Source: Balanoglossus misakiensis
Taxonomy: Eukaryota > Animalia > Hemichordata
DNA: 63,163 nucleotides
Assembly: GCA_040954595.2 (NCBI GenBank)
Contig: JBECUI020000049.1
Span: 1 to 63,163, forward strand
Direction of reading: 5' to 3'
In this document: piece after piece, positions 21,228 to 32,235 of the stretch
How positions within the stretch are numbered: the stretch's first letter is position 1
How the letters are laid out: each line of letters starts with the position of its first letter
Program-made: the position numbers and the translations under genes
The notes under the pieces: generated by a model
The model's database searches: none
Told to the model about the DNA's origin: nothing
Seen by the model: the letters and a program-made list of their open reading frames with translations, nothing else

Positions 21228-21814
21228 CTATAGGGTCCAGCGGACAAAGGCATTGGCACTAAGAAGGAAATCGTCTTCATTTAAGTTTAATGCCCTACGG
21301 TACTCCAGGAGAGCATTGTCGGGAGCAAAGATGAGTAGGACACCGGCACCGATACTGAAGGTCTTACCTAACTTAAAAGCTATTGAAAATTCCGGTATAA
21401 ATACCTTCACCAAGTGAGCCTCGTTAATAATGCCAACAAGTCCAAAAGCTCCTCCGCCCACACCGGCGTGGAGAATCAAGCTTCCTACTCTGTATTCTAC
21501 AGAAACTATGGGATATAAGAGATTTTGAACTAATAATGTCCACAATTCCACTCCCACTCCAAACTGCCATTTGCCTTTCGAATTAAAATAGTAATGCCAC
21601 CTAATGTCAGGAAGAACAAAAAAGAAATTTGCAAATTCGGAACTTTGCGCACCAAGTTCCTTTCTAAAATCGATGAACTCAGAATGAGTTTTTAAACCCA
21701 TAAAGATAGGGACCTGTAAGGTTATATCCCATTGACTGGCCGAGAAAGCCTTTTCACTAAGAGAAAATAAAGGACAAAGCAAAATAAAAGACAAAATTTC
21801 CTATTCTTGGTCAT
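21228..21814 (-). CDS. Small exported, probable outer-membrane beta-barrel protein (1-bp frameshift in signal peptide)
   Basis: AGGAGG RBS and ATG at 21814, out of frame by one A with ORF 21228-21794; alternating aromatic/hydrophobic strands, ends AFVRWTL. Confidence 0.55.
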
Positions 21815-22004
21815 GCGTTACCTCCTACCAATCAACTTTTATTAGTTATTATAGATATTATACACCATCCCTGGGTATTTCAACAAGAAAGTTAATTAAG
21901 TTCAAATGCTCCTATATCCGCCTGCATCATTTCTTCCTGGCATCCAAAGGGAGATTTCCATTGAAGAGTGAAAAAATTAAAGTTAATGATTGGCTTCTTA
22001 ATGT

Positions 22005-23192
22005 TTAAGGAGGCCAGCACATTTTTCTGATAGGAGGAAAAGTTTCGAGTTCCTGGACAATTTCCAGGAAGATGGTATTGAGAAAGGAGATCCCCCGGGA
22101 AGTGGGGAGTAAAGCCTGTTTGTCTAGCAACAGCCAGCCCTTTTTTGTCCCATGTTCCAGGGTTTTGGGAATACATTCTTCCAAAGTCACTCCGAAAGTC
22201 CTGTTAAAACGTCCTCTTGAGAGGCCTTCTATGAGTCTCAAGCCCATGAGAAAATGCTCCACCATCAGATCCCGGGGGCTGAGGTTTTCAATTTCCTGTG
22301 TTTTTTGGGGCTGTTTCAGCCATTGGGTCACATTTGAGATCTCCCGGTAACGAAGAACCTTTCCCTCAATGTCTGGAAGTGTGGAAACGGCGCTGGGTCC
22401 CACACCAAGATAGGGTTCCATACGCCAGTAGGCCAGATTATGTTGGGATTCCTGGCCGGGTCTGGCAAAATGAGAAACCTCGTAGCGTCTATAACCTCTA
22501 TTCTGGAGGAGTTTAAGGGCCTGCTCCCCTTCTTGGATGCAAAATTCTTCCGAAGGAAGAGATACCTTTCCCTCTGTCACTGAAGCGGCACAGTCCCTAT
22601 CCTTCTCTAAGGTCAGATCATAGAGGGTAAGATGTCCCGGATCTCCCTTAATGGCTCTGAGAATATCTTTCTTTAGGCCCTTTTGGGGGCGGGGCAGGCC
22701 AGCCAGAATGTCCCGACTCAAGCGGCCCCTCCAGTGTCGGTTAAGGAGTTCATCGGCTCTATCGACAGTTTCGATACCTCCCGGGCGCCCCAACCAATGG
22801 AGAAGTTTTTTATGGTAGGTCTGAACCCCTAGACTGAGACGGTTGATCCCCCCGTCAGCCAAAATCAGAAGTTTCTCCTGGGTAAGGGATTCAGGATTGG
22901 CCTCTACGGTGCTTTCCTCAAGCCCTGGAAGATGAGGCATTAGACCTTCTAGAAGGATTTTTAGGGTGGATGGAGGGAGCATCGTGGGGGTTCCTCCTCC
23001 AAGAAAAAGACTGGGAACCTTGTGGGGGCGAAGGAGGTCGAGTTTTCTTTTAGATTCCTGAATCAAGTGGACAACAACCTCTTCCATAAGGCTGTCTTGG
23101 GGTGCAGGGAGGCTGTAAAAGTCACAGTACCAGCATCTTGAGGGGCAGAAGGGGACATGGATATACAGGGTAAGTCTAGGGATAGGAACCAA
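22005..23192 (-). CDS. hemW: Radical SAM heme chaperone HemW (HemN-like)
   Basis: YIHVPFCPSRCWYCDF, GGGTPT, EANPE, HNLAYW. Confidence 0.88.
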   Translation of the reverse strand: MVPIPRLTLYIHVPFCPSRCWYCDFYSLPAPQDSLMEEVVVHLIQESKRKLDLLRPHKVPSLFLGGGTPTMLPPSTLKILLEGLMPHLPGLEESTVEANPESLTQEKLLILADGGINRLSLGVQTYHKKLLHWLGRPGGIETVDRADELLNRHWRGRLSRDILAGLPRPQKGLKKDILRAIKGDPGHLTLYDLTLEKDRDCAASVTEGKVSLPSEEFCIQEGEQALKLLQNRGYRRYEVSHFARPGQESQHNLAYWRMEPYLGVGPSAVSTLPDIEGKVLRYREISNVTQWLKQPQKTQEIENLSPRDLMVEHFLMGLRLIEGLSRGRFNRTFGVTLEECIPKTLEHGTKKGWLLLDKQALLPTSRGISFLNTIFLEIVQELETFPPIRKMCWPP

Positions 23193-23901
23193 AATGATTG
23201 AAGGGCCAATAAAGAAAAAAAACCCGTCCTTTAATTTGTTCTGATTTTACCGGACCTAGGTAGCGGGAGTCGTTGGAAAAACTCCGATTATCTCCCAGTA
23301 CGTAATACTCTCCTGGTTTTAGTACGATTTCTTCTTGGCTATTGGAAAGAGGGTATTCTGGCCTCCAATCAGAGGGATTCTGTGTCTGGTTAATCTTATA
23401 GATGGTGTTGCTGGTCTCAAATTCCTTTAGGAAAAAATCCTTACCGGGAGGGAGAACATAGGCCTCCGAATCCCTGATTCGAACCCTGTCTCCTGGAAGG
23501 GCAATAATGCGCTTGAGCACAAGAGGATTGTTCCAGGATGCTAAAGTTTTCAAGCTCACTTTATGAAAGGTTACAAAACGCAGGAGGGCATCGAGATTTT
23601 CTATAATCCAGTGTTCTTCTGGATAATAAGAAGGCTGCAGAACCACCACTTCTCCACGCTGCAAGGGCCTGCGCCTCATTTGGGGGTCCTTTCTGAAGAA
23701 ATAGGGTTGGACAAGGAGCTTGGTTTTTGGAGGCAGGGTCGGATTCATGGAAACGCTGTCTACCCGGTAGGGTATGACCAACAGAAAGGCTCCCCGATAA
23801 AGAAGTATCAGCAAGACAATGATTCCTATTGTGTGGAACCGTTGCTTCTGGTAGCTTCTCCTTTCGCGATAGGAGAGCCGGAAATGGGGATTAATGTTCA
23901 C
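23176..23901 (-). CDS. lepB: Signal peptidase I
   Basis: SVSMNPTL (Ser), LKRIIALPGD (Lys), GDNRSFSNDSRY. Confidence 0.92.
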   Translation of the reverse strand: MNINPHFRLSYRERRSYQKQRFHTIGIIVLLILLYRGAFLLVIPYRVDSVSMNPTLPPKTKLLVQPYFFRKDPQMRRRPLQRGEVVVLQPSYYPEEHWIIENLDALLRFVTFHKVSLKTLASWNNPLVLKRIIALPGDRVRIRDSEAYVLPPGKDFFLKEFETSNTIYKINQTQNPSDWRPEYPLSNSQEEIVLKPGEYYVLGDNRSFSNDSRYLGPVKSEQIKGRVFFLYWPFNHFGSYP

Positions 23902-24890
23902 TCGATGTTCCGAATACGATTAAGAGGCCAATAAATAAAAAGGGCTCTACCGAGTACCTTGCTTTTAGGTAAGGGGCCAAAATATCTGCCGTCCCTGGAA
24001 TTATCCCGGTTGTCCCCCAGGGGAAGAACCCAGCCCAAGGGAACATAACGTCCTCTTTCCCGGCGGGCGTAGCTGTTACGTACCTGGAAGTCCTGGGGGA
24101 AATATCGCCAGAGAGTACGGTCCCTCCATAATTCCCATTCATAAAAATCGGGGTAACGGAGTTCTCCAACTCTTTCGGCATTCTGTAGAATGTCCTCCGG
24201 GATGGGTTGGTCTGCAATGCGCAGGGCTGAGGCAATACCGTAACTTCGGATGGATGGGTAGTCCGTATTTTGGAGGAGGCGGTTATTGTTGTATGTTATT
24301 CCTGAAAAAGGTTTGAACATTTCTTCGGGAATAAGCTGTCCCTCTCCCCGGGGCTGTATCCACAGCTCGCCCTCCCGGAATACCGCCCGGTCTCCATCCT
24401 GGGCCACCTGTCGTTTTATAAGAAAATGCGCTTTGGGCAGTCCTGTCTCCGGATCTTTATCAATGTCCACCAGGGACAGAGTCAACATATAAAGGACTCT
24501 CTGCAGAATATCAAAGACAGGGCCCCGGGAGACATAGTCGGGACTTTCAAAAATAATGACTTCCCCCCGTTTGGGTGAACGGAAACCCGGTAACTTCCCC
24601 ATACCAGGCAGCAGTTCCGGCCCATAGACCAACTTGTTCACAAAGATCCTATCCTGGATAAGCAAGGTCTCTATCATGGAGCCCGAGGGAATCTGGTAGG
24701 CCTGAATAAAGTATTGGTTGATGAGTAAAACCACCATGGCGGCCCAGAGAAAGGCGTCAAGCCAATCTACCACCTGGTTTCTCCGTCGCTGTTTTTCTTT
24801 GCGTTTAAAAATGCGGCGCTTGCGATAGGTCAGTATCGCCTCGGTAAAACTGAGCAAACGATCTATAGGATTTGACTTTTTTGTAACCAC
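23898..24890 (-). CDS. lepB: Signal peptidase I
   Basis: IPSGSMIETL, LIKRQVA, GDNRDNSRDGRYFG. Confidence 0.93.
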   Translation of the reverse strand: MVTKKSNPIDRLLSFTEAILTYRKRRIFKRKEKQRRRNQVVDWLDAFLWAAMVVLLINQYFIQAYQIPSGSMIETLLIQDRIFVNKLVYGPELLPGMGKLPGFRSPKRGEVIIFESPDYVSRGPVFDILQRVLYMLTLSLVDIDKDPETGLPKAHFLIKRQVAQDGDRAVFREGELWIQPRGEGQLIPEEMFKPFSGITYNNNRLLQNTDYPSIRSYGIASALRIADQPIPEDILQNAERVGELRYPDFYEWELWRDRTLWRYFPQDFQVRNSYARRERGRYVPLGWVLPLGDNRDNSRDGRYFGPLPKSKVLGRALFIYWPLNRIRNIE

Positions 24891-24942
24891 GACTTGTAGG
24901 GTATCATAATTAGTGTGCTGTGAACACTAACTGAAGCTCTGA

Positions 24943-24972
24943 TTGACCAGCCTTTCAAACGGGACTTATAAT
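24943..24972 (+). promoter_or_regulatory. Sigma70 promoter, probably leaderless transcript
   Basis: TTGACC-18-TATAAT ending 5 nt before ATG 24978; no SD. Confidence 0.65.
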
Positions 24973-24977
24973 CCCCC

Positions 24978-26606
24978 ATGTTCTTTAAAAAAACCAAACC
25001 CCAGGAGGAGATTTCTCTTGAGGGGGTAATTGTTAAACTTAAGCCTTTCCTGGGAATATCTCCCCGAAGTTATGTCCCTGTGTTATGGAGCTTGCTGTTC
25101 CTATTCGTTTTGTTTTTATTCCTGATTTATCCGGGAATAAGGGAGAACGGAACCAGGCTTAACGTTGTGACGGTACCCGATGGTGTCTCGGTTCTTGTCG
25201 ATGGTATACGGTTGGGGGCCAGCGAGGGGACCTTTTTTATTCCTAAGGGAAATAGGGAAATAACTTTACGCAAACCCGGTTTTGTCACAGTCCATCGTGA
25301 GATCAACGTAAAGGGTCGACTTATAGGGTCCCTGATCTTTCCCCGAAAGGAGATCCTGAGGGTTGTCCTTCCTCTGGGAGATGCACAGGAGATAAAGAAG
25401 TCGGGGCTTCAGGAGTTTGCTTATTGGGGAAGACTTGGGCGTCCTCTTTCACGTTACCCTACTCCTTCTCTGCTGACACTCACCGTAAGAGATCTCTACT
25501 CTGAAGGGGCAGAGGCCGGGGCTGCGGCCGATTTTCTTGATGCGGCACTTCCTTTGGTGATGGGAAGCCAGCATCTGGTCGATGCTTTCAGGGCCCTGGC
25601 CTTGGACGCAGGGGCTGGGGCTCCTCCAGATGCGGGCGGACTGCTTACTCTGGTAAAGGCGTGGACCGATCTTCAAATGCTCCACCCGGACATAAAGGGC
25701 TTGGCGGCTTATCTGCTGCAGGAAGAAGAAGAGTCTGCTCTGGGAGAAGAAGATTTGGGGGCGGATTACCGGGCTCGGATGGCGAAATTACTGGAAGAAC
25801 ACCCTGTTCCGGCTCCTAGGGTACCGGGGGAAACAAGGTTTTACGGCGAGCTTCCTTTTATAAAGGTTGAGGGGGGGACGGCCCTTTTAGGCGATTTGGA
25901 ATATGTGTCGGCAGGTCTGCCTCCCCGGGCAGGAGCCAGGCCCCACCTGGTGGAGGTGGGAGATTTCTGGATGATGGCCCGGGAGCTCAGTTATGGAGAC
26001 TGGGAGACTTTTATCCAGGAAGAAACTTCGTGGGCCCCCTCAAGCAGGGAGGCCCTGATCGTCGCCGGGAAGGCAACTGAAAATTATCTTGAGGATTGGA
26101 AGAAAGGAAAACCTCCTTCTTCTTCCGATATGCCCTTGACCCAGGTTTCCTGGCATGCCGCCCAGGGTTTTGCGACCTGGTTTACTCAGAAATATCTTTC
26201 TCAGTCCGGTCTGGAGGCGCGGCTTCCCGAAGAGTATCAGTGGGAATACGCAGCCCGGCTTAATGGTGCTCCCGAAACTTTACCTGTGCATGCTGGGGTT
26301 CCCGTTTCTGCCCTTGCCTCCGAGATGGGGACCATGGGAATACGGGGTTTGGTCGGGAATGTAGCGGAATGGTGTCGCAATCCCTACCGGGAACATGAGG
26401 CCTGGTTTCGGAATCCGGTTCGGGGGCCTTTAGATCCTCAAGATCCCTGGGCCCCCCCCGATAGACCGGTGAGGGGAGGGAGTTTTGTTGATAGAGAGAG
26501 CCCCTGGCCGGTCTCCTGGCGGGGTTCCCTCCCTGCGGATTGGAGTTCTCCAGTGCTGGGTTTCAGGCTGGTGCTGGTTTCATCCCAGTCCCAGGGCGAA
26601 CCTTGA
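24978..26606 (+). CDS. PEGA-domain + FGE-sulfatase (SUMF1-like) domain membrane-anchored protein
   Basis: TM helix, PEGA-like TVPDGVSVLVDG..., C-terminal PLTQVSWHAA, RLPEEYQWEYAAR, GNVAEW, RGGSF, GFRLV. Confidence 0.85.
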   Translation: MFFKKTKPQEEISLEGVIVKLKPFLGISPRSYVPVLWSLLFLFVLFLFLIYPGIRENGTRLNVVTVPDGVSVLVDGIRLGASEGTFFIPKGNREITLRKPGFVTVHREINVKGRLIGSLIFPRKEILRVVLPLGDAQEIKKSGLQEFAYWGRLGRPLSRYPTPSLLTLTVRDLYSEGAEAGAAADFLDAALPLVMGSQHLVDAFRALALDAGAGAPPDAGGLLTLVKAWTDLQMLHPDIKGLAAYLLQEEEESALGEEDLGADYRARMAKLLEEHPVPAPRVPGETRFYGELPFIKVEGGTALLGDLEYVSAGLPPRAGARPHLVEVGDFWMMARELSYGDWETFIQEETSWAPSSREALIVAGKATENYLEDWKKGKPPSSSDMPLTQVSWHAAQGFATWFTQKYLSQSGLEARLPEEYQWEYAARLNGAPETLPVHAGVPVSALASEMGTMGIRGLVGNVAEWCRNPYREHEAWFRNPVRGPLDPQDPWAPPDRPVRGGSFVDRESPWPVSWRGSLPADWSSPVLGFRLVLVSSQSQGEP

Positions 26607-26743
26607 GGGAGAGAAGGCCCTCAAAAGATGAAGCCTCCGCTGGGATTCGGAAGGCGTTCCAGGACAGTCCGAAGAGACTGAAGGCCCGGGAAGCTTATCC
26701 GATTGCAACGCAAATTGAATGAGGGCCAGAGAAGGAGTAGCTC

Positions 26744-27217
26744 ATGGGGAAGAAAAATAAGAAAATCGCTGGTTCTGGTCTTTTAGGTCTGAACCGCAAA
26801 GCTCGACATGAGTATTTCATCGAAGAGGTCCTGGAATGCGGCATGGAGTTGAAGGGAACCGAGGTGAAATCTATCAAGAATGGAACCTTTAGTTTCGCCG
26901 ACTCCTTTGTAAGCGTGGAGGGGGGGGAGCTCTGGCTGCGCAATCTGCACATCACACCCTATTCCCACGGAAACATTCATAATCATGACCCTGGAAGGCA
27001 TCGGCGGCTTCTAGCCCACAGAAAAGAAATACGTCGTCTGGAACGCCGAGTGAATGAACGGGGCTACACTCTGATCCCCACAAAATTTTATCTGAGCAGG
27101 GGAAAGGTTAAGGTGGAACTGGGATTGGGCAAAGGGAAAAAACTAGGAGATAAGAGAGAGACATTGAAGAAACGGGACCTTCAGCGGGATGTAGAGAGAG
27201 AATTGCGATCTTCTTAG
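26744..27217 (+). CDS. smpB: SsrA-binding protein
   Basis: NRKARHEY, GMELKGTEVKS, RRLLAHRKEI, GKGKK.DKRE. Confidence 0.97.
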   Translation: MGKKNKKIAGSGLLGLNRKARHEYFIEEVLECGMELKGTEVKSIKNGTFSFADSFVSVEGGELWLRNLHITPYSHGNIHNHDPGRHRRLLAHRKEIRRLERRVNERGYTLIPTKFYLSRGKVKVELGLGKGKKLGDKRETLKKRDLQRDVERELRSS

Positions 27218-27233
27218 GGACTGGGCTTATGCG

Positions 27234-28163
27234 ATGCTTGAGGGAGAATCTATGAAGTTTAACGGTACCATACTTCCACCGGGTTTCCCTCTTCCCCTGG
27301 CAGATCAGAAAGAGTTAATTGATTTTTGTGCCAGTAATATCAATCGTCGAGAATTGTTGAAGGCTTCCTTGGCTCGTCGGGGATTTCGCCATAAGGTTCT
27401 CCCCCTGGGAGAGGCCAGGCATATTATTGTACCGGCTCTGGCAACAACGGTCTTTGACAAGAAGTATTTTCGGATAACTTTTGTTGCTCATTATGATCGG
27501 CACCCCAGTTCTCCTGGGGCTAATGACAATGCGGCCGCGGTGTTTCAGATTCTGGCTTATTTAGAAGAGAGTCGGCGGCTGGGGCGCGGGCAGGGAGCTC
27601 AGGTAATTTTTACGGATAAGGAAGAGCTAAGCAGAGGAGCTCCTGTCACCGAGCAGGGGGCCTTGGGGCTGGCAAGGGAGCTAAAAAGAAGGGGGGTGGA
27701 GAACCTCCTTTTCTGTGTTCTGGACATGTGTGGAATTGGAGATGTCCCGATTTGGGGAGAGAGCCTGAAGAAGGTTGGACTTCAAGGAGCCAACACCCAA
27801 GTAGAGGCCCACAAAAAAATAGAAAGTTTCCTGAAACGCTTTACCATGGGGCAGGATTACGGTGTCAACCCTTTGTTCTCCGATGACCTGGGACTTCTGC
27901 TGGGAGGTTATCCAGCTTTTCAGGTTTCCGTGCTTCCTCAGGTAGAGGCCCAAACCTTGGTTCGGCATTTTCCCCATGCCTCCTCAATGTCTGAACTCCC
28001 TACCCCGGAGCGTGCAAGAACGCGTTTTAGAGAGGTTTTCCCCCATTCATGGAAGGTAAATCACACCCCGAGAGACGAACTTGAGTCCTTAAGTCCACAG
28101 GCATTCCTCTTGATGGCTAAATTGCTAAGAGCACTGGGGCTTCTTCGTTTGCCTTTAAAGTAG
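27234..28163 (+). CDS. M28-family metallopeptidase-like protein
   Basis: AHYD, GANDNAA, DKEE, LDMCG, HTPRD metal-ligand motifs. Confidence 0.8.
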   Translation: MLEGESMKFNGTILPPGFPLPLADQKELIDFCASNINRRELLKASLARRGFRHKVLPLGEARHIIVPALATTVFDKKYFRITFVAHYDRHPSSPGANDNAAAVFQILAYLEESRRLGRGQGAQVIFTDKEELSRGAPVTEQGALGLARELKRRGVENLLFCVLDMCGIGDVPIWGESLKKVGLQGANTQVEAHKKIESFLKRFTMGQDYGVNPLFSDDLGLLLGGYPAFQVSVLPQVEAQTLVRHFPHASSMSELPTPERARTRFREVFPHSWKVNHTPRDELESLSPQAFLLMAKLLRALGLLRLPLK

Positions 28164-28403
28164 GCTTCTTCGGATTCTGGCGCAGCGCAGGATGCCAGGA
28201 CATACCCCAGGGAGTGGGTATAGTCTTTGAAGCTGCTTTCCCCTACCTAAGCTGGACTTCACCTTGTCCCGGGCCAGGAGGAACAATCAGGAGGAACAAT
28301 AGTGAAGACTGACTGGATAGGCTGAAGAAATATAGGCTTCGCATTACTAAGTTAAATCTCCTGCCTTGACCATGGCTCTACCTTCTTACCATACTTCAGT
28401 CCA

Positions 28404-28889
28404 ATGAAGGTTTGGCTTTGGACAGCATTTTGGACACTACTCCCTATCTCGGAACTTCGCGGAGGACTCCCCTTTGCCTTGGCGAAAGATATTCCCTGGC
28501 CTGCGGCCTATCTGTACTGCGTTGCTATCAATGCCCTGGTGGGTCCTTTGGCCTATCTGTTTTTAGATACCATTCACAACCTTCTTTATCGCTGGTCCTT
28601 TTATGCCCGGCTCTTTGATCGCTTGCTAAGCCGGGCCAGGAGCAAATTGGCGGGCCCTGTGGACAAATTGGGTCTGTGGGGGGTGGCTTTATTTGTGGGT
28701 ATTCCCCTCCCTATTACTGGGGCATGGACGGGAACTCTGGGTGCCTGGGTACTGGGACTCAGTAGAAAGAAGACTATCTTGGCCATTCTTTTAGGGGTGA
28801 GTATTTCAGGACTTATTGTTTCGGCGATTGTTTTTGCAGGAGTAGAGGCCTTGGACTTTCTGCTGGAAAGTGTGGGCAGCTCTGAATAA
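28404..28889 (+). CDS. Small multidrug-export family membrane protein (COG2426)
   Basis: LPISELRGGLP and FVGIPLPITGAWTG signatures. Confidence 0.85.
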   Translation: MKVWLWTAFWTLLPISELRGGLPFALAKDIPWPAAYLYCVAINALVGPLAYLFLDTIHNLLYRWSFYARLFDRLLSRARSKLAGPVDKLGLWGVALFVGIPLPITGAWTGTLGAWVLGLSRKKTILAILLGVSISGLIVSAIVFAGVEALDFLLESVGSSE

Positions 28890-30903
28890 CCGACATTCAC
28901 AAGACAATCTCAATCCCCAGCAGAGCAAGGCCGTTGAAGCCGTTCATGGCCCTCTGCTTATTCTGGCTGGAGCTGGGAGTGGAAAAACCAAGGTCGTTAC
29001 TACACGAATCGCTGGTATGATCAAGCAGGGAATCTCTCCAGGTTCCATTCTAGCTCTGACCTTTACAAACAAGGCCGCCAGAGAGATGGAGGAGCGGGTA
29101 CAACAGCTTACCAGAAGAAAGTACTCTACGCTTACTCTTTCTACCTTTCACGCCCTGGGCCTTAGAATCCTCAAGGAAAATGCGGCAATTTTGGGATATC
29201 ACAGCAAGTTTACAATTTATGACAATCAGGACAAAACCGCCTGTCTGAAAAAAGCCGTAGAGGAACTGAATCTTACTCATGACCCCGGAGAAATCCATAA
29301 CCTGAGTTGGCTTTTCAGTGACATAAAAACCCGGCGGGTCTCCTGGGAACCGGAAATTGAAGTTCATCGCCCTCTGTATGCTGAGTATCTAGAGTTAATG
29401 AAGCTTCACAGCGCCGTCGATTTTGATGACCTGATTGTCATGCCTCTGGAGCTTTTTGAAACCAGAAATGAGATCCTTGAACATTATCAACAGCGTTATC
29501 GCTATATTCTGGTGGACGAATTTCAGGACACCTCTCTTATTCAGTACGAACTTGTTCGTCTCCTGGCCTGGGAACACCACAACCTCTGCTGCGTGGGTGA
29601 CGATGACCAATCCATTTATTCCTGGCGCGGTGCCGACTACCGCAACATTGTTTCTTTTGAAAAGGATTTTCCTGAGAGAAAAGAAATTAAACTCGAACGA
29701 AACTACCGTTCCAACGGGATTATTCTTAAGGCTGCCAATGCTGTCATTTCCAACAATGCTAACCGTAAAGAGAAGCAGCTGTGGACAGAGATAGTACGAG
29801 AGGGTCGAATCCTCCGTCATGTTGTGGTTGAGGATGATAGGACTGAGGGGGAGTTTATTGCCGACGAGATCGGGATTTTGCGGATGAAAGAGGATATTCC
29901 CTACAACCACATAGGAATTCTGGTGCGAGTAAACTCCCTGGTTAAAAACATAGAAAGAGCCCTGCTAAACAGAAACATTCCCTGCCTGATAAGTGGCGGA
30001 ACGAGTTTTTTCCAGCATCAGGAAATCAAAGATATTCTTGCTTATCTGAGGCTCTTTGATAATCCCGACGATGACGTAAGTTTGATAAGAATTATTAACA
30101 CTCCCAGGCGTGGTATAGGAAAGGCTTCTTTAACCAAAATCCTTTCCCTGGCTCGGCAAGAAGGTTGTTCCCTCTATTCCGCCATAGCAACGGCGGTTTT
30201 TGATAAGAGTCACATTGTGAGAGGGGATCTCCATTCCCGACTGGCTGAATTTATTGATCTTATAGAAAAATACCGGGAACTTTTTGGAGTTGCTAAACCC
30301 TCTCTGGCCGAGAATCTCGGTAACTTGATTGAAGATATTGAATACTGGGGACATTTGGTTCAGGAATTCAGTCACAATGAAAAGATTGCTAAATGGCGTT
30401 ATGAAAATATCAAAAACTTTCAGGATTCTTTGGAACGCTGGGAAAAAAATCCTGACAACTTAGAGCCCAACCTTACCCAATGGCTGCGAAGGATAACCCT
30501 GTTAAGTCAGGACGACATAGGCCAGGAGACTGGAGGGAAGGTTCATCTCATGACCATCCATGCTTCCAAAGGACTGGAATTCGACGTGGTATTTCTAGCA
30601 GGGGTGGAAGAGGGGGTTATTCCTCATACCAAGAGTCTGGGGACTTCTCCTCTATCTCTGGAAGAGGAGCGACGTCTTTTTTACGTGGCTCTTACGCGGG
30701 CTCGGAAAAACTTAATTTTCACCAGCTGCCGTATTCGGCGAGTCCGGCATGAGAACCTGGAATGTACCCCATCGTCTTTTCTTTCAGAAATTCCAAAAGA
30801 AATATTGGGACCGATAGAAACGATAGCCCAGTCTGAATTAGAAGAGATTGACTTCTCCTCAATGCTTCGAGTCTTGAAAAAAAAGTCTTTTTGTAAGCCA
30901 TAA
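28870..30903 (+). CDS. ATP-dependent DNA helicase, UvrD/Rep/PcrA family
   Basis: AGAGSGKT, VDEFQDT, VGDDDQSIYSWRGA, NYRS, TIHASKGLEF, EERRLFYVALTRA. Confidence 0.95.
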   Translation: MWAALNNRHSQDNLNPQQSKAVEAVHGPLLILAGAGSGKTKVVTTRIAGMIKQGISPGSILALTFTNKAAREMEERVQQLTRRKYSTLTLSTFHALGLRILKENAAILGYHSKFTIYDNQDKTACLKKAVEELNLTHDPGEIHNLSWLFSDIKTRRVSWEPEIEVHRPLYAEYLELMKLHSAVDFDDLIVMPLELFETRNEILEHYQQRYRYILVDEFQDTSLIQYELVRLLAWEHHNLCCVGDDDQSIYSWRGADYRNIVSFEKDFPERKEIKLERNYRSNGIILKAANAVISNNANRKEKQLWTEIVREGRILRHVVVEDDRTEGEFIADEIGILRMKEDIPYNHIGILVRVNSLVKNIERALLNRNIPCLISGGTSFFQHQEIKDILAYLRLFDNPDDDVSLIRIINTPRRGIGKASLTKILSLARQEGCSLYSAIATAVFDKSHIVRGDLHSRLAEFIDLIEKYRELFGVAKPSLAENLGNLIEDIEYWGHLVQEFSHNEKIAKWRYENIKNFQDSLERWEKNPDNLEPNLTQWLRRITLLSQDDIGQETGGKVHLMTIHASKGLEFDVVFLAGVEEGVIPHTKSLGTSPLSLEEERRLFYVALTRARKNLIFTSCRIRRVRHENLECTPSSFLSEIPKEILGPIETIAQSELEEIDFSSMLRVLKKKSFCKP

Positions 30904-31027
30904 AACCGATGGGTAGACCTTTGGGAGACCAAAGGAGAATTCTGCAGGGTGTCTCCGGTTTTTCTGCTTAGAAGCCGCTAAGGTTTTCCCTCATCTTTTT
31001 TTCTTGTAGGTAAGAAGTGTTCATGCT

Positions 31028-31459
31028 TCAGGGGGGGAGAGAAGCAGAAAGGAAGGCCTCTGCCTTTTCTATGAGCTTTCTGGAACTGGGGTAGCTTACC
31101 TTAGCCAGAGCCTCTTTGTATGGGAGCCAGACGATCTCGGTGATTTCTGTCTTGGGAACTCTGAACTCGGTATTACCTCGGGGCCTCCCCAAGAAGAAAC
31201 CGACAACCTTTGGTCTGCCTCCAGGCAGAGTGTAGCTCACTTCCCAATAGCAATGAGGAAACACATCCACATCCAACCCCGTCTCTTCCCGTACCTCTCG
31301 AAGGGCGGTTTGCTGAGGGTTCTCTCTGGCTTCGGAATGCCCCTTGGGATGCCCCCAATGCCCTCCCCCCAAATGGCGTACCAGCAAGTATTGCCGCTGA
31401 GGGGTAGAAGTATCCACAACAATAATACCCCAGGAGCGGTCAGGAATAGAGGTTTTCAT
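31028..31459 (-). CDS. NUDIX hydrolase (Ap4A hydrolase-like)
   Basis: Nudix box PKGHSEARENPQQTALREVREETG. Confidence 0.9.
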   Translation of the reverse strand: MKTSIPDRSWGIIVVDTSTPQRQYLLVRHLGGGHWGHPKGHSEARENPQQTALREVREETGLDVDVFPHCYWEVSYTLPGGRPKVVGFFLGRPRGNTEFRVPKTEITEIVWLPYKEALAKVSYPSSRKLIEKAEAFLSASLPP

Positions 31460-32235
31460 ACAAAACTTTCCTGATTGCCGGAAGTCTCGGTGGTCAGTGA
31501 ATTAGCGGAACGGCATTGAGCAAGGTTTTGCCGTTTTTGTCCTCCGGGAACAAAGTTCTTCCTGAAGAAAATACCATAAGGGCGGTGTATGAATAAAAGT
31601 TTCACATTTTCCATATATTCGGTAGAATACAACCAATAGCTTGTCTCCCCAAGCGTAGTCCAGTGCAATCTTGTAAAAATACACCGATAGGTCAACCTTC
31701 TATTCGCCAATGGTAGGATATCTCTCTTCAAGCAGCCCCCTCCCCCTTACTCGGTGGGGAAACTGCTTCCTATAGCTCCAGGTTCTGACCTAGGCTCCCA
31801 GACCTAGCCCCAGGGCTCGATAAAAGCCTAGCTTGGGGGGGGATCACCTTGCCTAGAGAAGGAATCTTGCCTAAATTGAATCATCATTTACATATTAGCG
31901 TTGGGGGAAAATCTCCCCTGCCATAAACGCATAAACCCAATAAAATGTCAGTGACGCAGTGCCTGTAGCAGTGTTTGGCTTCACTGTGCCATTCTCCTTC
32001 TGGTCTGAGAGTTCCAGACACTCTACTTCGGCCCGAACTTAAGCTACCTAGGGCTTCCTGTTCAAACATTTATTGTGTTGAAGCCCATAGCAATCCCCAT
32101 CAATTATGGCTTCAGGTTTGGCAATGCTTAGAACCTTAGGAACAGGAAAAACAGAACCTTCCTCATAATCCATTATGATAAGATGATGAAACGAATACGA
32201 TAAACCTTTAATCGAGTAACTACTTGAAGTTAGGG

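Noticed and set aside
23176-24890. Tandem lepB as a novelty
   Set aside because: Paired signal peptidase I genes are already known in spirochaetes
28274-28300. 13-bp direct repeat CAGGAGGAACAAT x2
   Set aside because: Only two copies; simple slippage with no evident function
31456-32235. Short ORFs or riboswitch upstream of the NUDIX gene
   Set aside because: No recognisable protein or RNA motif
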